A stretch of DNA of 64,000 bases, from assembly GCA_963693365.1 (NCBI GenBank), contig CAVNZM010000003.1:9251019-9315018 (forward strand). Reading direction: 5' to 3'. Below the pieces are notes generated by a model, which saw only the letters and a program-made list of their open reading frames with translations, ran no database searches and was not told the DNA's origin. The translations under genes were made by a program, and so were the position numbers. Each line of letters opens with the position of its first letter. Position 1 is the stretch's first letter. Of this stretch, positions 11,889 through 40,172 are shown piece by piece. The DNA is from Amoebidium appalachense (lineage: Eukaryota; Protista; Ichthyosporea).

Positions 11889-13394
11889 ATAGGAATTTTT
11901 CTGGTTTCAATAGGGTCTCGAACTTTGGGAGCTCATTTAATACTGTTTGTAGTTGCTAATATCAAGTGTGTATACGTTAATTGCCGTATAAGCCGACTCA
12001 TTTTGTGGCTCAATTCGAAGCTGGGCTTGTCAAAAGAAAAACCCTTTGAAGTACTTATAGCTGCACGTTTTTGTTAACAATCAATGCTGATTTTCCGACG
12101 GCTCGGCCGACTCAATGCTGTGCGAGCACTTGAGTTCATGATCTTCATCTCGTTGTATAACACAATCTTTCAGCCTCCTTACACTCTTTTCTTTTTGTAT
12201 GTAAGTAATAACTCTGCTTATAGCTCAACTCACAACACATCATGACCTCCCGTAATCAACACCGTTTCATCGAGCCGGCTGACAGCAGTAAAGGTTTGAG
12301 TCCTCCCCCCCCCCCCCCCCCCCTTCCCCCCCTCCCCCCCCCCCCCTTTTAGCTTAGAGATGCCCAAAAACCTTTAAGATATAAACATCTATGACACCTC
12401 TGACAACTACACGCTGCACTTGTTGGCTTCAGCGTGCTAGCTAATGAAACTTGCTCCTTCTTGTCGCCATTAAGGTTGATGGGTGTTGTGCCCTCTGGCA
12501 ACCGGTTACCCAATTTTTCTTTTTCTTACAAATCTTCATTTGGCTTGTGCACATGGCTCTCCTCCCCCCCCCCCCCCCCCCCCCCCCCCCTCTTCCCCCC
12601 GGGCTGCATTATACCCTTTATGTGTGGTTTGCGCTCTGCAGTGTTTTCCGGTGTGAATGTGTACTTCGAACTCTGTGGCACATTCAAACCCCCCCCCCCC
12701 CCCCTCCCTTCGCGCCCACCCTTCACCACCACCACCACCACCACCACGTATGTCCGCTCCCTCCTCCTCCTTCACCTCCCCGTATCTCTTTCCCATTAGG
12801 TTGCCCAGCACACACTTGCAAAGCCCGCGCCATGTTGCGACCTCTTAATCTCCTGTCTGCTCTCTTCGCTGCCGGGCCTTTGGTTTTACGGTTGTGTCTT
12901 CTGGTTGTATAGCCGAAGACTTGCCTTCAGGCAGAGTTTTGTGACGACTGGCTTCTCCCCCCTTAACCCTGGTCACTTGTTTGTTTGGTTTAATCTAGAC
13001 GGAGGTGGCGGCGCCCCTGGAATGTGGGGTTGTGGGGCTGGTTGTGTGTGTGTTTGGGATTGGGGGAGGGGGGGAGAGGGGGGGAGGTGATTCCTTTTCT
13101 CTGCAGTTTTTTTGCAGTGGTGGTGGCATGGGGCTTGTAGGGGCAGGGGTGTGGGCTTTTGTGTGTCGGGCTTGTTAAGAGGATGTCGACTTTTCCATGG
13201 GGAGGATATACTAGTAGTTGTACTTGGAGAGGGGGAAGGGGAGGGGGACAAGACCATATTTGAAGGGCAGGGCATTTGCATAATGTGCTATTTGGTTCTT
13301 TCTCCATTTCTTTGTTTCCTTCTTCTCCTTCTTCTTCTTTTTCTACTTTTTTTTTTTTTTTTTTTTTTTTTGGTGGGGGTGGGGGTGTGGGGGG

Positions 13395-13433
<39 letters not shown>

Positions 13434-14123
13434 TTGGGGGTGACAGTAAAGGAATACTCGTGGGCCTGTTTAGTAAGCTGTGAGCAAGCCGGCTGACGGG
13501 TGGTTTATCATGGGTGTGCAGTGTGAGTGTGTTTAAGGGGCTGGGGGGAGGGAGGGGTGTAGAAGGGAGGGAGTAGTGAAGGTGAAAAAAACAAGACACA
13601 GAAAATTATATGTGAGAGGCGAAACCAAAACACACGTGGGAACTTTGATTGCTGATGGTGGTGAGGTGTATGTGTGTGTGTGCGTGCGTGTGCGCTTGCG
13701 TGTGTGTTAGTGCACGTGCTTGTGTATGTGTGTGTTTTTGTGTGTGTGACAGTGCCGTGTGTTTCGAGGGGGGGGGGGGGGGGGGGGGGTTAGCAGAAAG
13801 TATTCGGAGGGAGGGGGGGGGGGGGAGGGGGGGCTGTTCGTGTTGATGTACAGAGGGAAGATGCAAGTTCTGGTACTAAGCCAAATGTAAACAGCTTGGC
13901 AGGCCTAGCCTAAGGGCTCTTCACGGGGGAAGTTGCATCCATGGGAGGGAATATTCATTAATGGCTGAGATAGAGCTCGTAAGAGCAAAGTATTTAAGTA
14001 GAGAAGGGACTTGCTACAGTATTCTGAAGTTGGACCTCACAGGAGGGAAGCATAGGAAAGGTTTTTCATTCCATATATTTATATTTGCACATCCATGTGC
14101 TTTAACTAGTTCTAATCCCCCCC

Positions 14124-15965
14124 TTGCCCCCCTCTCCAGCCTGCCCGCTGTCAAATATACCCACGGAGCTACTCGGGTGCATTGTCAGCTGGCTTCCCCT
14201 CACCGACCGATGCTCAGTTTCGGCAACGTGCCACGCCCTCTGCACCGTCGCACGCCGTGTCCATGCAGTCCAGTCACGGTTAATGTTCTGGACGCACGTC
14301 AAAATGATGAGTATTTCGGTGGGGATTCCAGATGGATAAATGTGTTGCCCAGGTTTTGCAATGCGTGGAAAACAGTTATCACGAGCGCGGTTGTGGATGT
14401 CACGGGCACTGGCGGTCACGGTGATGACCAGCAAAGAATTAAAGATCAGGTTGCACAGGCAACGGTCTGTGCCTCAGTTCCTTCGTCTCTGCCAAACCTC
14501 ACGGCAATCACAGTGCGTGTCGTCATCGCCAACACATTCACCGTGGAGCATATTCGTCGCCTGCTGTCACCAATTGTCGCAAAAATAGGCCCTCAGTTGA
14601 GAGAAGTTAAGGTGCACGTGTTTATGCGTGCAATGCATGCGACAGGATGTGGCTCAAGAGGCTGCTCTGGTATTGTCTCTGTGGGATGGGTGCCCTAACC
14701 TTTGTCAGCTTTCGGTTTACGGCCTAGCCTGGCCCGAAACAATATATACCGACGCACATGGCAGCCCTGCGCGATCTCACAATCGCGAGCCCCGGGCAGG
14801 GCAATTTGAAATTGGTTACGGAGATGGTTTTGGGGGCCGCACCAACCATGCGTCAGTTGTATTTGCGCTTTGGCGGCATTTACGGCGAGGGATTGGGGTT
14901 TATTGGCATGGCAGTCAACCTGTGCAAACTGGTTCTTGGCTGCGTCGACATGGCAGACTTGGATGTGTCAGGACTGGCAGCATGCCCCCACCTTCGCAAA
15001 CTAATTGTCAGGGCGGCCCCAGAGCATATTGTCCAAATTCACGGGTTATCAGCACTACCGGCCCTACGTGTTCTCGACATGGAGAAAACTCGCCAGGTTA
15101 TGGGGTCGTGTTTCGGTCTCACCGAGGTTCATGCTTCCTTATTTAATGAACAATACAGACCAGATCAAGACATACCGTTTTTGGGCGCATCAGCAAACAC
15201 GCTTCGCCGGTTGAGTCTTAGGGGTACATGGTTCAACCAGCTACACCAACTCGTACCGATGAGCATCACGAAACTAAGCTCCCTTAGTTTAAGTGCACCG
15301 AGGAATTGTACGGTGCCTAATATAGTGCTTTCCGAGTTTCCTGACCTGCGGGAGCTACAGGTCAGTGGTTACACCACCGCGCTCGGTCCACTGCACCCCA
15401 ACAGCCGCCTGCGTAAGTTACACATAACACAAGTACCCCATCTCGTCACCATTGGTGGTGTTGCACGGAGCCCCATCGAGAAAATTGTGCTGCATAACGC
15501 CATAGGACTTTCTTCTCTCGACCCACTTTCGACGTGCACACGACTGAGGAAAATCGTGCTGATTGGGTGCATTTCCATCACCAGTCTTGACTCCCTGGGG
15601 GGGCTCCCCATCGTGGACATCACCATAGTATATGGCCCAAAGATGCTGACGACGCTGGAGCCACTCTCCACGTGCCGGCGCCTGCGTCGCATTGCAGTGT
15701 CCGGCAGTCCGAGCAACAGTCCGAGGATCACGACGCTGGCTCCCTTGCGCGGTCTCCCGCTTGTACGCGTGGAAGTCAGGGACCTTCGAGGCCTCACAGA
15801 TATCGACTCACTGGCGCAGTGCACAGCCCTAAGCAGTCTGGAGATCAAGGATGTGCCGTGTGTGAGGGATTTGCTGTGTCTGGCGGGCCATCCATCTCTG
15901 TGCTGGTTGGAGGTGAAAGAACAGTGCCCATGGGCCTCACACACCTGCAGCCTTCGGTGAAAGTG
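14124..15965 (+). CDS. F-box + leucine-rich-repeat protein (several frameshifts; possibly a pseudogene)
   Basis: F-box LSNIPTELLGCIVSWLPLTDRCSVSATCHALC. LRRs LSSLDPLSTCTRLRKIVL, LTTLEPLSTCRRLRRIAV, LTDIDSLAQCTALSSLEI. Coding phase moves across ORFs 14124, 13961, 14628 and 14758. Start codon and last exon uncertain. Confidence 0.75.
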
Positions 15966-16049
15966 GTGAGTTCAGCTCTCTGCCCTTCTCCCCCCCCCCC
16001 CCCCCCCCCCCCCCCTCCCCTCCCATCCCCACCCCGACACACAACACAC

Positions 16050-16093
<44 letters not shown>

Positions 16094-16094
16094 A

Positions 16095-16327
16095 CCACCA
16101 CCACAAGGGCTTGGCTGTGCCTGCTTTTCACCTCTTCTCCTTCCTCTTTCTCATGTCTCCCTGCCTCCCCTCTCCCCTCCCCCCATCCCTCCTTCACCCC
16201 TCCCCCCCCCCCCCCCCCCCCAAACACACACTCACACACCACTTCCCCCTCCCTCCCCCACCTCCCCCTTTCTCCGCCCACCTCCCTCCCCCCCCCCCCC
16301 CCCCCCCTTCCCCCCCCCCCCCCTCCC

Positions 16328-16358
<31 letters not shown>

Positions 16359-16745
16359 ACATACTCTAACACACACCGCCACACAAGGGCTTGGCTGCGC
16401 CTGCGTTTTACCTCTTTCCCTCCTCTCTCTCCTGCCTTCCTGCCTCTCCTTCCCCGTCCCCCCCCCCCCCTCCCCCCTCCCCCTCCACCGTTCCCTCCCT
16501 CTCCCCTCCGCCCCCCCCCCCCACACACACACACACACACCGCCCCCCCTCCCTCCCCTTCCTCCCCCTTTCCCTGCCCCCCTCCCCCACCTCCCCTTCC
16601 CTTCCCCCCCCCCCCCCTCTCCTCCCCTCCCCCCTTCCCCCCCCCCCCCCCCCCATACACACACATACACACACAGGGACACGAGGGCTTGGCTATTCCT
16701 GCCTTTTTCTCCTCATCTCTCCCCCTCTCTCCTGCCTCCCTGCCT
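16095..16745. repeat. three diverged ~290-bp tandem units
   Basis: CAC(A/G)AGGGCTTGGCT..CCTGC..TT recurs at ~16102, 16382 and 16680, each followed by C/T-rich sequence and separated by C-runs and (CA)n. Confidence 0.7.
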
Positions 16746-17884
16746 CCCCCCCCCCCCCCCCCCTCGGAGCTTGACGGCCCCTCTTCTTGTTCCTTCCCCA
16801 CACAGTTGTTCAATTGAATTTGTTGCAGGGCTCATCAACCCCCCCCCCCCCCCCCTCCCCCTCTGGGGAGTTACACTTAGCCACCTACGGTACAATGCAT
16901 CCCTCTTCCCCTCCCCCCCCCTCCCCCCCTCCCCCCAGAGCATACACGCACACCCTGGCGGCATGTGGTTTCCTGCACAGTTCGAAGTGTGTGTCTGTGT
17001 GTCACAGTGTGCAATGTGTGCAAAACAGTGCAAAACATTACTGTGACCCCCTGTCCCCTTCCGCCTCCCCCCCACGATGAGGTGACAAGATGCTAATATA
17101 AATATGATTGTACCTGTGCAGGTTCGAAAATCAAGATCTTCATAGAATTGCGCGTGAGGTGGCCCTTTAAGTGCGCTGAACCTCGCAGGCTGTCTCCGTT
17201 CACTACACGGCGTGGCGAGGGTGAAATACAGTCGTGCAGGCTTGGAATATGTTTCTTGCTCGCAATTGATTAAACAGTCTTCGTGTTTTCTTTAGGTCTC
17301 GATAGATCTAGCTTTCCAGGTTGAAATTTCTTCTGTTTTGTTGTCCAGCTTAACTATATATAAGATTTTTTGGGGTCCCGGTAGTTTTGTTTGTGTGCTT
17401 GTCTATACAGGACTCATTACCACATGGTGCTTATACATATAACGCATGGTTGAATAGTTGGCGGCCGCCAATTTCAACGAGTGAAATGCTTGTGTTTGAT
17501 ACCTATATACTGGGAAAGACCTTGTACTAGTGGTACATTGGCTTCTGTGCAGGCTGGAATGGGAATAGCAAATACAATGCATATATGGTGTACATGTGAG
17601 ATTTGGATAGAGTATCGTTCTGATGTTAAGGCCTGATTTTGTTAAGGTTTCTCACATTAACTTCAAGTTAGAGCTTATCAGTTTTATTAAGGCGGCATCG
17701 ATGTAAATATGGGATCGAACACGCATGCCTTATAACAGTATACATAGTATTATATACTCAAAGAAGCTCATGATATATAGCTGAATGATCGGTTTGTTTT
17801 CTTTGTGACTCTCCAAATATACCTAATTGTGGCCGTATCACTGCTGTGGTGTGGGTGTGGTTGTGCCTTCGTATCTAGATCTCA

Positions 17885-17927
<43 letters not shown>

Positions 17928-18083
17928 TCCTCCTCCCCCTCTCCAAATTTTTTTTTTATAAGTTTTTTCTGAACCATGTGTAACAGTTGTTCGTGCCGGC
18001 GTCTGTGTCTAGAGAGCAGGCGGTTGGGTGCCCCCCCCCCCCCCCCCCCCCCCCCCCTATACACACACACACACACACACCGT

Positions 18084-18126
<43 letters not shown>

Positions 18127-18184
18127 ATCACTGCTTTCGTGTGTTTATTTCACCACCTTCTTATAGACTCTTGATTCTATGCAG

Positions 18185-24658
<6,474 letters not shown>

Positions 24659-25288
24659 TTTACAGCGGGAGAACGCTGTATATGTGTTTGTGAATGTTGT
24701 ACATATGTGTTTCTGAATGCTGCACTTATAGTCACACACAGTGCACATATGGTCGAAAAGGTTTTAAATCTGTGTGCTGTCTTAGCATGCACGGCTGGTG
24801 TAACGCGCGTGTTTCATTGACTTATGATCATGACGTGTGTATTTCCTGTGCATTCGATATTCGACTCAACTCAGTGGATATGTGCGGAATGGACTGTAGA
24901 TTTAGGATTATAGATCGGCCAATAGGAGAGCAGAGATCCTTTGTGAGCAGCCAATAGAATTCAATCTAGAGATCTAGAAGTGCAACGAGTATGTAAAGCT
25001 GCATTCGGAAGCCACAATAAACAGTCGTCCAGATCAACGTTTGACACGTAAATGCACGAGGGCCTCGTGCTTGGCAAAGGTTTTGCTTTCGTTTCCCCAT
25101 TTCTTTCTTGTTGGCGTGTGTGTGTAGCTTTGTATATCACTTCAATACAATAACTTTACCGATTCATTATTCGTTCAGTCTGGTTTATCACACGTAGTGG
25201 TAAGGGTAACCCCTGCCCCACCTCCCCCCCCCCCCCCCCTCCCCCCTCTGTGTGTTTGTGTGTGTGCACGTGTGTTGAGATCCGCCGC

Positions 25289-25339
<51 letters not shown>

Positions 25340-25857
25340 TGGTGGTGGGGGGGGGGGGGGGGGGGGGGGTTGCAGTCAGTGATGGCAAATCGACTTTCGT
25401 TTCCCAGCTAATTGCAATCGTAGTCATTACGTATGAATAACTAAATAGCATTTCTTTTTTTTGTTTTTCTTTTTTCTTTTTCTTTTCTCCTTTTTTTTTT
25501 TTTGTGTGTGTGTGTGTGTGTGTGCTGCTTATAATCAAGCTTGTGGTCATAGGAAAATGTTTCACTATGGGAACATCAAAGGGCATGCGCTGCGCAGGGG
25601 CAGGCACTGGGTTAGATGTTGGCGGCATGCATCTTTTGGGACGAACGGCGGCGGCACGCGGGCGGGGGGGGGGGGGGGGGGGGGGGGACGGCCCTGTGAA
25701 TTCTCGATCACGGCAAAACGAACCAAATATAAAGCACTGTACACGTGCACCGGTGTAAATCTTTTTAATATCAGATATTGGATCTGATCTATTTGTATGT
25801 ACGTGGGTGGGTTGGTGTGTGGGTTGGGGGAGGGGAGGGGAGGGGGGGGGGGGGGGG

Positions 25858-25955
25858 AATTCGAATATTAAGGAGGGGGGGGGGGGGGGGGATTCGAATA
25901 TTAAGGGGGGGGGGGGGAATTCGAATATCAAGGGGGGGGGGATTCGAATATTAAG
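25858..25955. repeat. minisatellite: ATTCGAATAT(T/C)AA x4 separated by G-runs
   Basis: Four copies at ~25859, 25891, 25919 and 25942, directly visible in the sequence. Confidence 0.85.
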
Positions 25956-26280
25956 GGGGGGGGGGGGGGGGGGGGGGGGAGGGCGGGTACCGGTATGGAG
26001 AGGTTGGGGGGAGGAGGGATCAGGCAGGGCCCCGGGGGAGAGGGGGGAGGGGGGGGGGGGGGGGGGGGGGATTGTTGTTGTTGACCGGTCCATATCAGAT
26101 TTGGCCGGAAAACCAGATTCCAACCCCCTGGTAAGATATATAGCCGGTGCGGAGGTAAACTTCTGTCTCAAACATTACGATCTATGGGTGGGATGCACAC
26201 TTGCCGATTCCAATACGGCACACACGTGTAGTGGGACATGTTTAATTTGGTTTCACATTTTTGGGCAAAAAAAAACAGCA

Positions 26281-26312
<32 letters not shown>

Positions 26313-27670
26313 TCCTCCCCCTCCCCCTCAAACCAACCACCATCACCCCAATCACCACAAACACATACACACAAACAAACAAACACAGACACACACACAG
26401 ACACACACAGACACACACACACACACACACACACACCCACACACACCCACCCACCCACCCACACCCACCCACACCCACACATCCACCCACCCACACCCAC
26501 ACCCACACCCCCACCCCCACACATGCCCACACACACACACAGACACATAAATCCACTCAAAAAAGCAACAGAGAGATAGTATAAGGCAAAAAAACAACAG
26601 CATGAACTAAGATATTCTCATCAATCATTCCCAAAAATTGTACACGATAGGTAACCGAACAATGAGGCCTAATATTAGCACCTATCTCCCGACCAAAGAA
26701 CACACATTGCAACTCAACCAATTAGGTATCTGGGCACAAACTTCGCCTGCAAGCCACTTCGAATCATTTCTGCCGAGACTACCAAGAGAGTTCACAAATG
26801 TACTCAGTTGCTTTGGGCATGCCACGTGGCTAGCGCAACCAATCAAAAATGGCATATGCACATGTCACGTGACCAGCACAACCAATCAAGAGCAGCCCAC
26901 ACACAAAACTTAAAGTCCCATGGCCTGTACGTGCGTTGCACACAGTCGGAATGGGACACAGTTGCCAAGGAAAGCATACACCCCCCACCGGATTCCAACA
27001 CAGCGCTTTACCCACTTCCCACATGGCCACATCACATGAGGGGTATCACACACACGATTTAGGCCAGGAGCGTAAGGTTGCAATGGTCTCTGTGTGGTGT
27101 GATGGGTGTGTGGTGGGTCTGCGGAACGCCAGGGTCTTGCATGGGTGCTCTCTCCGTTTGCTGACGTCACCACACAAAGTGTGTGTACTTTCAGCATGTC
27201 CCGACGTAATCGGGAAGATGAAACACGGACTGTGAGGGGTCAAATTCAAGATCAGAATGTGCAAGCATGCATGCGTTGTGACCCCCCCCCCCCCCCCCCC
27301 CCCCCCCCTTCTTTTCCCTCAACTCTATGCGGGAGCAGGCGGCATGCAGGCACAACCACTCATTGCACAACCAATCATCTGCACTGTCTGTGCCCTCCTG
27401 GCCCGCGCGCGTGCGCGCACGCACACGCACACGCACACGCACACACACACACACACACCCCACACACACCCCACCTACCCACATCCACAATCCCCCCAAC
27501 ACACACCCACCCCAACCACCCCAACCGCCCACACTGCCACATTCACCCAACAACCCATCAACCACCCTTGCACCCACCCACCTAGCCACCCACACCCACA
27601 CCCACACACCCCTGCCCACACCATCACACACCGACAATCACACCCACACGCACCTTTTTCACTTTATCCG

Positions 27671-36573
<8,903 letters not shown>

Positions 36574-36754
36574 TTTTGTGGAGCCACCTGTTGAACAAGG
36601 TTGTTACCAAACTCGAAAGATCAAAAAGCCAGAGTCTCAGTATCGTGAAGGTGGTGATGACAGGAGTGTGATGAAGGTATATAGCTAGTGGAGCCGTGAG
36701 GTGAGTAATACACCAGTGGGGCTCAGAGTTTGAGTACGACGGGAAAAGAGAAGT

Positions 36755-36792
<38 letters not shown>

Positions 36793-37639
36793 GGGAGGGG
36801 GAGTGGGGTGCGGGGGGCAGTTATAAATCGTGAAACAAGGGTTGCAAGAGGGATTGGTATTCACTTTGGAGCAAAGGTATATGGTGTAGTAACCAAGAGC
36901 CCATGACAAAGTGTAAGAGCCGGAAGAGCAAGCGGAAGCATGTGAGTACGAACAGTGTCGGTTTTTGGAGGAAGCGCGTGAGATAAAGAGAAAGATCGAC
37001 TGTGAGTAACGAAGGAATAGGATGTGTGCGTGCCAGGGGTCAGTACCGGAGCAAGCAGGTATCAAGAAACTAAGATCGTGTGCGAGAGCAAGAAAAGTAG
37101 GGAGGAAAAGGTTGTGTATGCAAAAAAAAAGTGCCTTTGTAAGGGCGCCGTACATAGACATATGCGAGGGAGCAAGAATCAGAGGTCGCCTAGGTGGGTA
37201 GCTATGGGAGAAAGGGTAACAAAAGGCACACCGTGTTGTGTAGGGGTCGCCTAGGTTAAGGGCCATGGGGGGTAAGGGTAACAAAAGAAACACCACGTTT
37301 TGTGGGGCGAGGAAGGTTTTGAGTTTTTTACCTTGAAAGATCTCTATACACTAATTATGTCTCAAGGCGCTTCCATCTCTCCTTATTGTTGTTGCTTAAG
37401 AGAGTAACAAAGATACCCCGTACACACTAGTGTGGGGGTTGAGCCAATCTCTGGCCTTGAACTAGCTGGAAGAGGGGCCTCATGGCTGACACACAGGTGA
37501 TGGTGGCTCAAAACATGTCTACAGGCCTCACTGTGCTGCCTGCCCGCACAAAGCTGCACAAATAGTAAGGCACTCTCCCTGCATATACACTTATTTCTCC
37601 TCTTCTGTAGATATTCGCTCCAATGTTAAAAAAAGATGT

Positions 37640-37872
37640 CAAAGTGTCTTGGTTGACTTCAAAGTGTCTTGGTTGACTTGCAAGGGCGGTTGAACCAGTT
37701 TCGTAACACCAGGTATTTACATTCGTATGGGGTTTGTCATCGCATGCGAAACACCATTAGGGGGTGTGTGCAAAGTGTCTTGGTTGACTTGCAAGACCAG
37801 TTTCGTAACACCAGGTATTTACATTCGTATGGGGTTTGTCATAGCATGCGAAACACCATTAGGGGGTGTGTG
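37640..37872. repeat. tandem ~105-bp duplication plus 21-bp partial unit
   Basis: CAAAGTGTCTTGGTTGACTT occurs three times. ACCAGTTTCGTAACACCAGG...CATTAGGGGGTGTGTG occurs twice. Confidence 0.9.
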
Positions 37873-38380
37873 ATCTTCAATTTGCAGATAAAGAAACATA
37901 TTTGGTCGGAATAAAGGGGGCTGATTAGCGACCATGCATGATCGTTGTGTTGACGAGTTGACGAGTTTTGCGTTTTTATAAAACACGGACGTTTTGCGCT
38001 TGTGGGGAACATCTTTCTACACCTCTTGAACGTTTTGAAGTCTGGAAATCTTGGCAAGTGTTCAAGGCTAACAACAGTTTAATTTTTTTTATTAATTTTT
38101 TTTCTCCACAGTGTCAATAACACTCATAACAACGGGTGTAGACTTATGTCGTCTCCAAACCACGCCTAACATTCGTCTCCAAACCACGTCTAACTCGTAT
38201 GTGCGTTGATTTGTGCTTGGCCTTAGCAATTCATCAGGGGGGCTTGTTGGTACTTTACACACGTTGTCCTTTTAGCTTTAGATATTCTTAGCAGGCAAGA
38301 AACTGCCCCTACAACCTGCCGTTCATGCTTGAGCAGTGGTTACAACAAGCTAGGCTAAAAGGAAACAACACCCCCACACC

Positions 38381-40141
38381 ATGAATCAACAAAACGCAGA
38401 CGTAAAAATGGAGTTGGAAGACACCCCAGAAGCGCTAGAGATATGTTTGCTGCACCAACGCTTTGTTGACTGGTATAACGGTGTGTGCGAGAACACTGAT
38501 GAGGTCTTTGTGGACTGGTTTGAGAAAAGCATGACACCAGAGTTCTGTTTTGTAGGGCCCAGGTACTGTATTTCTTCCCTGCCCCCTCTCCCCCCCCCGG
38601 CCCCATCCCCCCTGGTTTCCCAGCCCTGCCCCCTCCCCCCTTCCCCCCCCTTCCCCGTTTTCCCTCACACACAAAAAACCACCTGCAGAAACTGAGCTGC
38701 TCAGACATCAAGGATGACTTGTACCCCACTACCCCTCCGAGGCTTGACTCCATCATTTTTACTCGCTGCCTGTGTCCGTCCGTTAGCTGTATTACTTCGT
38801 GCTCTTGGGTTTGTTTGTGGCCTTAGCTGCATATGCGCGCTCCTCCACGTTAAGGGGTTTTTTTTTTCTTGATCTTCTTTCCTAATTTTGTCTTTAATTT
38901 TGTTGTTCCTAGGCGTTTTTTTTTTATAGATGACTTCTCGTAGTAAGTACGGTGCCCCCCCCCCCCCCCCCCCCCCCCCCGGGAAAATACCTTAACAAAC
39001 ACCCAGGGGGGGGGGGGGGGGGAGTGGGGCAGGGGTTGGAGGACTTTCATTCTAGCACCTTACAGTACATCCCTGGCATTCTTCCCGACCCTTCCCTGAG
39101 CCCATCAACACTAACACAGCCCCCCCCCCCCCCCCCCAGCCCCCCTTCCTTCCCCCCCCCCCCCCCCCCCGAGTCTCCCACACTTCCTAAACCGCCAGCT
39201 TTCACTGCAGTGCTTTTCACCCAACCAGTTTACATATGAACTTCCCATCATTTTGCATTTTTCTCTATCATGTTTCCCACAGATACGTATTTTTGCTGAT
39301 GTACCTAGCGAACTCGGCCTTCTCATATTCTAATTTTGGGGTTTCTGGTGATTGCAGTTTGTTACCCCCATTCTCCCCCCCCCCCCCCCCCTCCCTCCCC
39401 CCTCCCCCCCCCCCCCCCCCCCCCCCCCCCGCCCCCGATGTTGCATACTTGAATGTTTGCCTTTGCATGTGTCATACAATGTGCTTCTCATCGTGTATGT
39501 GTACCTCGTACCGTGTTCCGCATATAACCCCCCCCCCCCCCCCCCTCCTCCCCCGCGGAGGACTTCGTGTCCCTCCGAGGATGAACTCTGTTGATCATGC
39601 ACATTGCCGTTTTCGCTCTGCATTGTGTTGTCATACATCTGCACTTCGCACTCTATAGCACATTCTACCCCATTCCCCCAACCCCCTCTCATATTTTCCC
39701 CTCTGATTACGAATTCTGTGGCCTTCGGGACTTAATTCTTTTCAGCTGGTGTAGTATGTTAGCCAGGGAAGTATCGACTTAGGTATCGACGGGGGAGCTT
39801 CCTAGAAGCCCCGTCTCCTGAGTTCCTATCTATATTTTTCTTGCTTCTGCTTACTGCTGCAACTTTAACCCCCGGCCTTTCCCACTGCCCTTGCCTGCAT
39901 AAGCAACCCTGCTCGTCTCTGATCAAGACGGGTGACCTACTCATGTTCAAGTGAAACAGTATCTGAGTTGGGTTTCGTTAACGAGGGGAATAGGTCGAAA
40001 CTCGGGTACTGTGGATGACGTGGGCCCCCCCTGAGGATGGGCTCTGCTTATTATGCATACTCTTTATGTATGGCTTGCATTCTGCATCGTGTTATCCGTT
40101 TGTTCTTGTGTACTTCGTACTTTTTGACGCATTCAAACCCC

Positions 40142-40172
<31 letters not shown>

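Noticed and set aside
13460-13475. GGGCCTGTTTAG as the second Harbinger TIR
   Set aside because: It points away from the 11885 terminus, lacks a TWA flank and has no subterminal palindromes.
25858-25955. CRISPR-like repeat array
   Set aside because: Spacers are G homopolymers, the repeat is only 13 bp, the context is eukaryotic and there are no cas genes.
37400-37500. Possible tRNA-like sequence
   Set aside because: No cloverleaf or T-loop consensus on either strand. No tRNA or rRNA gene was recognised in the window.
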